From: Balanoglossus misakiensis
Lineage: Eukaryota; Animalia; Hemichordata
NCBI GenBank assembly: GCA_040954595.2
Contig: CM082587.2
Span: forward strand, 5,630,206-5,694,205
DNA length: 64,000 nucleotides
Reading direction: 5' to 3'
This document shows, piece after piece, positions 23,781-36,138 of this stretch. Positions within the stretch are counted from its first letter, which is position 1; each line of letters starts with the position of its first letter. Both the position numbers and the translations under genes were made by a program. The notes beneath the pieces were generated by a model. The model ran no database searches. It was not told where the DNA came from and was given only the letters and a program-made list of their open reading frames with translations.

Positions 23781-26700
23781 GAGAACGGAAGAAGAAAAAG
23801 AAGAAGTTCTATCGCACTCGCTTTGGATGTAGATACTGTACTATACGTGTATAGAAATTCAGACTCTTTTTTTCAATATATTTATCTATTAAAAGCGACA
23901 GAGCCTGATTGGATATTTTTGGAAAACTCTTCAGTTGTCGTTCAAGTGAAATCGGAGGTCAGATGTTGAGGATTTGGTGCGCGAGAACGTTTTGGGGTCA
24001 GAGGTGAAAGTTCAACAGTCGCAGGTGCGGACAGCTGCAATTGAACCAGCCAGAAACGCTATCAACTCACAGAAACGTAGAAGAAAATCAAAGAGAGAGT
24101 TTACATTCCAAGTTGTGAAGTGATTTCAACAGACATAAAAAAACTGTCAACAGCAGTGAGGCAAATTATTTTTGAATTATTTTGAACGTAGAGCGCTATT
24201 TTCTGTTTATTGATTAATTAGATTTTTTTCTGAGTATTCTGCATTTATTCAGCTTAGAGCAAATTTCGTGCAAAGTCGCTATAAGTTGGCCATAGGAGCA
24301 GCCACAACCTAGATTTTAGATGAATAGTTGTATATTTTTATTGTTGGGATTTGTATTGAATTGATGCAAGAAAATTAGTTTTTTAGAAATCATTGTATAC
24401 TGGTTTGAGGCTGTATGTTTTGTGTTCTGTATATTAATGTAAACTTTTGTAAATAAGTGGGTACCAATATGCACTGAATTGTGAGCATGTGGGCAATCTA
24501 TCAGATATGAAATGCAAAATATTATAATAAGAATAGTAATAGTAAGAACCCAAGGTGTAACTACAACATTGCAAGATGGCCTCCCAAAGAGTAGCACGAA
24601 CTTTGAACTTTGCTGCCTATTCGTGCAGTTTTTGACTGCATGGTTGTCTTTACATTTTTTCTCATTTTATACTCTGCGCAATTTATTCTCCATGTGAAGA
24701 TGGAGGTATCTTTTGTATATACTTGGTGTCAGTGAATGAAAGACAATAATTTTTTTTTAAAGTAGAAACTTTTTAAGCGTTTGTTATAAAAATGCATGCA
24801 TGTACATGTATTCTTATCTGGTTTGCTCTGAAGGATTTGCCAACTTGTGGAAAAGTTGGATAAACACCTTGTCCACCCCTAAGTAGAAGATACATTAGTA
24901 TGATCCAGTGTTAATTAGAGGGAATTTGGACCATTCCATTTGAAGTAAGGGTAGCATGGTCATAAAATGAAAACATAGTTGTCAAATATTCAGTCTTGTA
25001 AAGTGTTCATGTTAAACACTATGACTGAAGATGGTCCCAATAGATTACTTAGTATAAAGAAATTTTTTTGTCAGTATCAAATTCTTGTTTTTTTTGTTGT
25101 TGTTTGTTTTATGCAGGATGATACTGCAACATTATTGTAAATATTAACTGAAATATTTTGATCTCAAATCAATTTGCCGAGGATCTAGCTCTGTACTGTT
25201 TATCAAAATGGAAAAAAGGAGATATTTAATGGCTTCATTTTCTATTTCTTTTTTAATCTCTTTTTTATTTTGTCCCTGAATAATGTCGTCGTGAAGTTAT
25301 CATTTTTAAACACTTTTCCGTTGCTGATTTTCTGTGACCAAATGAATAATTTACTCATTGATTTATACTTTTTTAATCTTTTGCAGATCTTCTTCACCAG
25401 AATTGTAAATTTATAAGAACTTGTGAATTATTACCCCCCCCCCTCCCCTTTTCCAAAAGTGTACAATGTTCGTTATTTCTTTCCTCTTTTCATATTATGG
25501 CTGTAATAGTTTTAAAGGGGGGAAGCAGTGATATTTAAAATTGCAAATTTCATTTACACAGTGACTAGCCTGGTGCAATCGGCTGTTATAATGTCAGTTT
25601 GAAAGGTTTTGAAATCTCAATGTAGTAGGTTTAGTAAATTTCAGGTGATATTTTTGTAGACTTGGGCGAATATACAAGGGTACTGAGTAATCAGATATTT
25701 CGTTAAAATCCTGTCATTGTAAATTTATGAAGCCTCAATGGTTTTTCACAACTCTGCAATGTTAAAGGGCAAAGAGAGATAGCTTGTATTAAATGGACAT
25801 CTCTGATCAGTCTGGAAGGATATTTTCATCCCGATCAAAAATAACAATCAGAAAACATGCACCAGTAGTCATGTTGTATTTTTGCTTTCACAAGAGACGA
25901 AGTGATTCAGGGTGAATTTTTAAGGTTGACATTAACCAACAATATTCACACACTTAGTTACAACATAAAAAACGTACAGATGTTGCTATGGAAACTCATC
26001 TTGGAGCAAAACCCAGTTTCTGATATTTCTCGTAGGAACAGTATTAACAAATGTATTCTGGAACAAACGGAATATTCTGGAGAATTTCATTTTACATTCT
26101 CTCTGTGTTTTAGGGAGTGAATTTTGGTTTGTGACAATGGCATTAAGCATCCATGAATCTAATGCTTATCCATATTTGATTTCAATTGTTTTAAGGTATT
26201 GTTACAGTTCATGTACATCTTTCATGCCCATGTCATGAATCCAGACAAGATTTGCCATTTATCGCAATGATGTAATTTTAATGATTAGAAAATGCAGTTC
26301 GATTTTTATTATAAAATATTGGTACGGACATGTATTTGTCTTTTTGTTCGTTTTTTATGTGTTTGGTTGATTTGGGAGGTGATGATTGTGCAGAACCATT
26401 AGTTTTGAAGGATGAAAATAACTTCAGATGCAAAAATGTAGACTCTAGTTTATGGAAATCACAAAATGATATACCAGTTATCAATTATTGAACCACCTGG
26501 GTATTTTTGGAAACATTGTCGCACTTCCTACTGTCTCTCTATGCGCTTGACTTGGTCTTGAATCTACGTTCAAAATACCCCTTACGCAAATATAGTCCTA
26601 CCAGGGTCGACGACATCACGCATGCGCGCATTAATCCACTATGTGTATGCCCGAATTTAATGAATTTTTTGTGATCCATATGCGAATTCTACGATAAGGA

Positions 26701-26895
26701 GACAAATGGCATTATCTTTCCATAATTATACCATTACAACAGCGGAAATAATATTTTTATAATATTAGGACTGGCTTGAGACCGCGGAAATGATCATCCC
26801 CATTAAGGACAATTAACTTGATAATTAACGATTTATGGACTATATATGCGCTCAAACCTTCTTCAGTTGTATTGTATGTACATCGCCTTGGCATC

Positions 26896-29800
26896 ATGGC
26901 TACCTTTGAGCTGACGATTCTTATCTGTGTCTGTTTGGCTGTTGGTTTTTGCCCGTTTGTAAAAAGCAATGCTATCGGTAAGTTAAATGATATAATGGTT
27001 TTAAACATCTTTAGGCCTACTACTGTATCCGAAATGTTGATCAAGAGATTACGTGAAGTTTTCTTCTAAACCAGTTTCAATTCGTGACAACTTGCGAATC
27101 ATCAAAACCGTCTATAAGTAAAAGCTTTGTGTATGCAATGAGTTCGGTTTCCCGCTCAACAATCGAACAAACCATGAACAAACCCTTCATTTCTAGTCAA
27201 GATGTTAAAATGCGAGAAAAAAACTTTTGTTGCTTGCATGTTTTTGCAATGTATAGGCTACCATCCCAATGTTCAGTACCGCATTGTCATATATACTTAC
27301 GTGTGTAGGAATGAAACTCTTTGGATCCACACGAAAAAGGGATGCTTTATTTTTTCAGGGGGTGCCATTGGAAAAGGCGACGAACCCCGGTACTGCAACG
27401 AGTTGCTCGCCATGTCAGAATCGCTGATGGCGCAGTTCAATCTCACCGAGAACCCATACTTCGGCGGCCTGCAGCTGGAATGCGAAAAAGATGGGCGTTT
27501 TAAACCGTTGCAGTGTTCTTCCAGTGGTATTTGTGGGTGTTTAAACGCATACGGCAATCTGATCGCTCGCACAGCCACTCCGCCAAATCGAGATAAACCA
27601 GTCTGCAAAGGTATTTACCCCCAAACCCTGCAATGAACATCATAAAACAATCTTTCGTGGGCAGGTGGTCATTACAGCATATCTGACGTGAAATTATAAT
27701 AAGTTTACGAGTGATGGCTTCATAGCCTTCAATACAGAAAATTTTCACTCAGCAAGTCGACGCTCGTGTCGCTAACTGACTGCTGTCTTGTGCAAGTTCA
27801 CGCCATACCAGCAAAGCACCAAGTCGTGATTGACAAGGAAAGATTCACATTGTTCACACAATTGTTTGAAGCATGGCGATTGTTTGTTTCTGACCCAGGT
27901 ATGAAAGCTGGCCAGTGCCCAGCCGGTGACTATGCCAGTTCCTGTGACGTCATCTGCGCCAGTGACGCCGAATGCCCATCAAATCTGAAATGTTGTGACG
28001 CAGACTGCGGGAAAACCTGCGTGGAACCCGTACAGGGTCAGTACACTAGACGGTTTTGTCAAATCTTAAAATTTTCTGCCAGTACGATTACAGAATAAAT
28101 GGAAACATTAGAAAATAATATTCATGTAAATGCTGCAATTAGTAATATTAATTTTTGAGAGGAATGAGTGATTGCGATAATTGATATTATTATGATCATT
28201 ATGAAACAATCATGATCAATTACTATGGTACTAGTATTTCCGCTAGTGAAATCGAACACTAGTAGGATTCAAATTTACAGCCCCGAACAGCTTGGAGAAT
28301 AACTCACAGAAATATGACGTGGTCTTCCTTTTGTTCCCACCCCGTTGGCATCTTTTTAGCGTTTCATTTGGGACGGCCATTTATGGTGAATTATGAATGT
28401 TAAAACCTACTGGAAATCAACCACCGATGCGATGCACAGTGTCCTATCCAGAAACATATATACTTTGGTTATCACTATCAATTGCTTCGGGAAACAATTT
28501 GACCTGTCAGATATTTTGTCGATTGTCATTGTAGCCTTATATTTTGTCCTCAGAATGCTTCCCAGCTGAGTATGCCTGCTCTGACGGATTGACATGTGTC
28601 CCGGAATTTCAAATCTGTGACGGTTTACCTGATTGTCCAGATGGAGGTGATGAAATTGCCTGCAGTAAGTAGACGCGTGTGAAAAATGTCAGCATCATGC
28701 TATAATCTTCCCTGGGACAATCAAGGTGGTACATTATAGTAGGAATTAGTAGAAACTCATGTGATACGCTCACCGGACGCCATTCAAACTATTTCTCGGA
28801 AATTCACTATTGGTGTACTAAAAGACTCGAGGACAAATTTTCAGAAAACGGGGGGGGGGTGTGCTCCTCCATGTATGGCGGGGGGGGGGGGAGTAGAAAA
28901 CTTATAAAAGGAAACACGGTGTTCACTGTCTCATTTTCATAACAATCACTTTCTCGTTGCAGCCATACCAACTTTCGAATGCCCATTTGGCAGGAAGATT
29001 CGGATGCCGTCCGTGTGTGATGGCTACCCTCACTGTATGGATGGCAGTGATGAAATATCATGCGACAAAAAAGACTGTAAGTCATTGTTTAAATTACAAT
29101 GTCCGCATATCCTGTTGTTCGAATTTGCCATATTGAAATATATGGATCACCTGTTTTAATGACCGGGCTGCATGATCTAGCAGTTCGTATCTTGTATGAC
29201 GTCATCGTCACAGTGTGATTCCATTTTCCCCGGATACTGAGATACGACTTTTGGGACAGTTAATGTTCAGAGATTCCAGTGTATTTGGTATAAGAGTGAT
29301 GTGAGTAAAAAAAGCATAAAGCATATACACGGGATTGCAAATCATTCCTCTAAACTATGGGGGCCAAGTTTCTCATTCCGATTTTTTGTGTATCGAAAGT
29401 TGAGTGTGATGATGGCGCTACCATCTCGCGTCACTGGGTCTGTGATGGTGGGCAGGATTGCACCAACGGAGAAGATGAAGATGACTGTGGTAAGTACAAG
29501 TGTGGCTCACGAATAACACCACGATATCCTATGATCACGAGTCCACTGCTCTATAGTCGCTGGACTTAGATGGCCTCTATATTAACGATTAATTGCCTAA
29601 CTATACTTTTATACTGTCTTGAACACTTTAATATTTCGGCGATTTTAATGATGCTATATGCTTAGCTACTTCATTCGTCACAATTGCAGTCTAGATAGCG
29701 CCAACGTTTGCAAAGCACTACACTGATAGCGCATTTAATTTTCAGACTGTGGAGACAAAGATGGCTTTGAATCGTGTTCCGATGGTAGATGTATTCATGA

Positions 29801-32800
29801 AACCTCCATCTGTGATGGTTATAAGGATTGTGAAGACGGAAGTGACGAAATATGCGGTTAGTGTGACGCTACGTTTTATCAACAGAAGGGGTGTCCTGGC
29901 AAACGTCATTTTTCTTGAATTGCATTATATGAAGAAAATGAAGACACTGGAAATATCATGTTTGGATTACTTTTCTGTCAATATGAAGTTAGCTAACACA
30001 CTCCACCACGTCATTTTTCTTGAATTGTTAAACATGTGATCTCGATCACCATATAAAATAACAGTACACCCAATTTCAGACTTCATGCACATGGTACTAT
30101 TAATGAAACCCAATTCTCGCCTATAAATATCAAAGCTTGACTTGATTCGCATTTTCAGTCTTGGTTCCTTGTGACAACGGAGTAATGATTCTGGAAAAAG
30201 ACATCTGTGATTACGAAGATGATTGCGGGGATAGCTCAGACGAAGCAAATTGCTGTAAGTTTTAACACAGACTGTTATTTTGAAACTGAATTGGACAAGT
30301 ATTATAAAAAGTATATACAGATGTCCGAGAACAGTGGCATGCCAGTAATATAATACGATACGACGCAACAACCAAGTTTCTTGACGTCCTTCTCTTACGG
30401 AAGACCGACTTTGGTTATTGTGTGCACACTTACATGGCGACAAGCTGAATGATTAGATGTCACATTTCTTTTTCAGTGCATCGAAAAGGATGCGGAAGCG
30501 ATTTTGAGTTGCAGTGTGGTAGTGGCGAGTGCACGTACATATCGAGTTTCTGTGACGGATACTACGACTGCGAAGACGGGAGTGACGAAGAAAATTGTCG
30601 TGAGTATTGTAAACGCATGCCTCTTAAATTAATGATTTCCTGTACAAATACCATTAGTCCTGAGATCATTTATATTGTTGGCAAATGCCGCATTCGAGTC
30701 TGGACTTGACAACAGTTTCAGGACAATAACAATGAATGCTGCGATTGTGTACACATCGGCTATGTTGATTAAACCTGCGTGTATAACCTCGCTCAGGGAG
30801 CTGAATAAGAAATCATGGTTGCTAACGCTAATAAAATACTGAAAAAACGCAGATAGTTGTTCTTTAATATCTATTAATTTGCAGCATGTGACTCCCCAAA
30901 ACACCGATGCAGTGATGGACTTTGCACACCTGAATGGAATATTTGTAATGGGTATGATGATTGTGCAGATGGGAGTGATGAATTGAATTGCCGTAAGTTT
31001 ACCCCGCCTGTATGAACAAAATATATCGATCATCAGCAATGACTTCCTCAAACGAGAATGAAGTTAGTGACATTGTAGTAGTAGACGCAGAATACTTATT
31101 CTTTATTAAAAAGGGTAATATCTTTCAGTTGTAGCTTACAATTGTGTGTGTGTCCAATTTTTCCTTCAGCCTGTGACGAGGATTACCAGTTCGTCTGTAA
31201 GAATGGCAAATGCATCTCAGACTATTCCGTTTGTGATGCGTATGATGACTGCGGAGATAAAAGCGACGAACAGGATTGTGGTAAGTCCGTCTACACCTGA
31301 TGTACTCGCAGGACAGCCTTTGGTTTTATTTCAAACGTCCAACAGTGAGCGTCGCTCATATACAAGCGACGTTCTTGTAATGTGGCGTTATCCGAACCGT
31401 TTAAACGTGCATAAAGTTCCCTACTTCAAAAATCTCAATTTATGCACGGGAATGGTGTACATGTAAAATGTAGCTTGTTACGACACGCTGGCCGTTCAGT
31501 TCCGAAACAGGGCAGTGAGCAAATAGACTTACTGAATGGCTCGCTTTGTTGAACCAACCAGCGCAGCACGCAACAAAGACGGTCAACAATAGGCACACCA
31601 CACGCTATTTCCTTGCTTCTGGAAACTTTTAATTACTACAACTAAACATTGGTAAATAAAAATGATTGTACACTGGGAAATAGCACACAAAAATAAATGA
31701 CTACCTTAAATGTGACCAGGTGTGGGAAATGAAAAGGACTAAAGTCCAAGGCTCCGTAGCACACGACGAACGCGACCATCACCACGCGGCAGTCCCAACA
31801 GTGACGTTCAGTCCGAGTAGCGTTCTGGCACAATTCCCCAGTAGACGGCACGGCTTTCAGACGAATTCCCCATGAAGTAGCACGGCTTCTGGGCGCGGTT
31901 TCCAAGACCAGGACAGCATGAAACAACACGGCTTCTAGGCGCGGTTTCCAGACCAGTGCAGCATGAAATACAGCACAGCTTCCAAGCCGACGAGGAACAG
32001 AACAGCTCACATCACGAGCAAGTCCAAATTAGTAGCTACGCCGCAACACAACGTGCGGGCTTTTTATATGGGGAAAAATAATGAATGCACCACACCTGGT
32101 CACGCAAATATTCAAATTACGAAAGTAAGCGAAAACACACCTGGTCACAAAACAACAGCAAACTTCTACGTAACAGGCTCAATATTGTATCAATAGGTCC
32201 TGGATCACCGTTGGGTGCAATATTTAATCATTATGAGTGCCTCGATTAATTTTCTATCAGGTCACTTTGTGTGTGACAATGGAAACTTCGTCCAAAACAG
32301 TTACAAATGTGATGGAGGAGAAGATTGCAGTGATGGGAGTGACGAAAGAGACTGTCGTAAGTATCCAGAAAAATCAGTGTATCTTGTTTTTCACCATCAT
32401 GCCGTGTTTTACAACATAAATTACCATGCTCGGCTACGCTTTTTTTACTTTTCGCAAATATGTTGTGACATAAACACATTTTGGTACGAGTGTTAGGATG
32501 GGTTAAATGTTAAAGAATTGTTTTGCTTTGTCACAAACGACAATTACTGACCAGCATGCAGATCGTACGAGTTCGATTGTGGTGAGACGTGTATCAGCCG
32601 TTGGAATCGCTGTGATGGCAATGATGACTGCCCCGACGGATCTGATGAAGGCGAAGATTTGTGCTGTAGGTACACAATCAATGTCCTTAAGTTTGTAGAT
32701 GCTTTAAGAGTTTACTGCATCAAATGTACAGAACACGATATTGCCAATCTTGCTAGACTCAAACAGTGACAGTAATTTGTATTATTAATTTGTATGTGCG

Positions 32801-35533
32801 ACTGTACCACTGTGTTACTGATTTTCAGCGCCATTCGTCTGTGGTGACGGTAGAGAGATAACTGCGTTATCAGCATGCGATGGTTACTTTGACTGCGAAG
32901 ACCATTCTGATGAAATATCGTGTGGTATGTATAGATGAATTGACAGCTTGCTCACACATGCTAAAAAATAATGTGCTTTATCTATTTATGATTAAATTAC
33001 TTCAGAATCCAGTGCGGATAACAAATGAACCTCACAGATATTTCTATATGCGATAAATGCTTATGTAGGTTTCTAAAACTGTATGAAATTCTTTCAAATT
33101 GTTACAGTCTGCGCCAGTGACGAATTCAAGTGCGACAATGGCAAATGTACCATGGAAAGTTACGTGTGCGATGCCTATGATGACTGCGGTGATAACAGCG
33201 ACGAGATGGGATGTGGTAAGTGTATGTCTGTCTGCTTCACCGTTGGGCTTTCAACGATACGTTTGGTGACATACAAATTGATTTGTCAATGACCATCATG
33301 AATGACCCACTTTTATTATAATGGTGACATACTTGTGACGAATATTATAGCAAAATTGTGGATCGTTCTGGTTTTAACACTAGAGTGTACTGAAGATCAA
33401 TTTAGATGTGGCAATGGATTGTGTAAGTATAACTCGGCAAGATGCGACATGCACGATGACTGTGGCGACAACAGCGATGAAGTCGATTGTGGTGAGACAT
33501 TTTCTGGTTTTCTTTACCGGTATAATACTTCTAACTTTTGTCCGGTGATCATTGAAACGACTGTTATGATGGTCGAAAGGGTTTGACAGTGCAACGTGGG
33601 CAATGTTTTGCAAAGTCTCATAACTTCGGTGCTGTGAGTGTGGATGTATGATTACAATAACATATTTTTTTCCAGTGTTAGGGATTTTTTTTAGATATCT
33701 TAAACCAACACTGCCTGTCTATTTTTTCTTCTTCGCATTTCCAGTGCCGTTCATTTGCGGTGACGGCCAGCAGATACCGGAGTCGTCCGAGTGTGATGGA
33801 TACTTTGACTGCAGCGACCATTCTGATGAGATACCATGTGGTGAGTTTGCATACATGGGTTCAAATACAAGAACTTATGTGCGTTACCCGCGTTACTGTC
33901 TGACACAACAAAGGAAGTTTCTAGAGTGCTACATAAGTGTCCTAAATCTGCCAACAATAATTGATATCCGTACATGTCTATACCTTATATGGTTTATTTT
34001 GACAGTATGCGGAGATGATCAATTCAAATGTGACAATGGCAAATGTACATCGAAATCTTATGTATGTGATGTGTATGATGACTGCGGTGACGAAAGCGAT
34101 GAGCTTGGCTGTGGTACGTGTTTCCATCACTTATTTTCGAGCAGTCGTCAATTTCCGACATTTCTCGGAAATCGTCGGCTCCTTTTTTTTGCTTCTGAGA
34201 TACTATGCCTGGGGTTTGATAACTATCTGCCAGCGTTGGAAATATCTTTGTATTGTTGACAGGAAAATAACAAACTGTGACCATGCCTCATTTTTTAGAG
34301 TACTACACTTGTGCAGACGGACAAAAGCTGTCGGCAGTAAATAGTGCTTGTGACGGATATTATGATTGCGATGACCGAAGTGACGAGGGCGAACAGTGTC
34401 GTAAGTGTATTCTCAAAATTTTCTACACAACAATCACCCAGACTTGCATCACGTGTCAAACACGTGTCAAACTTTGCACTTATATTACCAATGGTTCATC
34501 ACTGAAGCATCTACACGAAATTGTGGTTTTCTCGATGTTTGAAAAGACTGCTGTCGAGGTTATAAGTGGACAATGCCTTCTTATCTCTCAAAGCTTGTGA
34601 AGAGGAGGGCAATTTTCGCTGCGCCAGTACAGGGTTGTGTATACAGTATTACAACCGATGTGACAACTACAACGACTGTGAAGACGGATCTGATGAAGTG
34701 GGTTGTGGTGAGGAAATTTCGTTCTTTAAAGAGTATAGCTATAACCAGACGTATGACATCGCATAGTGCTATGTAAATTAATCCGACACTGCTAAAAATA
34801 TCTTGGTTAAGTACGATATTTACAACACTATTCAAAAAAAATTCTTTTAGATGTGTACGTTTGTGACGACGGACAGACTATTACTAGACCATCATTGGGA
34901 TCACCTATGGGAGATGGAAACATAAAGTGTAATGGCATATTCGACTGTATAGACAGGAGTGATGAAATTGATTGTGGTGGTGAGTATAGGTATATGTGTG
35001 GTTCAAGTGAAAGTTGAAATGTAGGGAAACTGCTACAGCTTCGTGATGTTTGAAACAACCAAGTTGTCGGGAAACTATATATCTGTCTTTACTTTGTTTC
35101 AAACATTTCGTTTCTGTTTTCAGACTGTCTTGCTTATCATTATAAATGTCCGAATGGTTTGTGTATGAGCCGCTATACAAGATGCGACGGCTATGATGAC
35201 TGTGGAGATATGTGGGATGAAGCGGACTGCAGTAAGTACAATGTACCTCATGTAACACTTCTGAATACTGACAAAAAACTATTCACTTGCCAACACATGA
35301 AACAAAATAGACTTAAGTACCAGTTCCGCTAAGGAACTTTTGAAGCTCTTGCAAAAAACTTGTAGTTTTAGGTGTGCTACCTCACTGGATGTAATCAATG
35401 CCTCATTTTCTTTTTAGTTTGTCCAGATTACAAATTTCAGTGCGACAATGGTTTGTGTAAGGACAAAGGCGTCAGATGCGATGGCTATAATGACTGCAGC
35501 GACAAGTCTGACGAAGAAGGGTGTGAGATGTAA
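26896..35533 (+). CDS. Secreted protein: signal peptide, thyroglobulin type-1 domain, WAP domain and 20 LDL-receptor class A modules (one per exon); no TM helix or YWTD propeller
   Basis: Exons 26896-26977 ([26 protein letters not shown]), 27359-27610 (TY: [12 protein letters not shown]...CGCLNAYG), 27899-28036 (WAP: KAGQCP...[22 protein letters not shown]). Then 20 phase-1 LDLa exons starting near 28554, 28962, 29400, 29746, 30159, 30476, 30884, 31170, 32260, 32555, 32829, 33109, 33384, 33744, 34005, 34299, 34593, 34850, 35124 and 35418, each with a CDGxxDCxDxSDE-type motif. TAA at 35531-35533; AATAAA at ~35639. Confidence 0.82.
31476..32175 (-). mobile_element. Solo-LTR-like insertion (Gypsy-type termini) in an intron of the LDLa gene
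   Basis: Termini TGTTACG...CGTAACA (7 bp inverted, TG..CA); flanks agct/ggct (imperfect 4 bp TSD); internal ~45 bp tandem repeat (cacggcttct.ggcgcggtttcca..acca...cagcatgaaa); one end resembles 49815-49899. Confidence 0.6.
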
Positions 35534-36138
35534 ACCCGACTGATAAAATTGCATGTTTTATCCCTTTTCAAGTTGACCTAAAATCAATATTTTGTTTAGT
35601 GCGATTCTTTAGGCACAGTCACGTGGGTACCTTTCAAAAATAAAATTCTACGTAATACTAAAAACTCTGTCTCTGTTTGTATTATTATAAAGATTGAACT
35701 AAATTAGTTGAGAGACCAAGTATACATGAATACATACCGCTATGTCCATAGACCAACAATCAACTCGGGACCCAATGTCCGTAATATTTTCAGCATATGC
35801 GTTCCTCTCATATGTCTATGGACTTCTCCCATGTATTGAGAGAAGTTGCCGGGGTCCCCAACGGCTTTCCATAGTAACAATTCCCAAGCGACTGTGCTTT
35901 AGCCATGTATTCCGTCTGTGCATTCGTAAACAAATACATTATGCCATTGAACTTTGACCCTTTTTATAGGACGAATCGTGTTATGTTATCGACCGCGGTA
36001 GTCAGCTGGCCTACCTGAAAGACCACGGATAGTAGAATCAGATTGTGTAACAATTTAGCATAGGTACGCTTGAACGTAGCGCGTCATCACCACAGGTACC
36101 TGTGTGACCACTGTCACACACAACACGAAGGACCAAAC

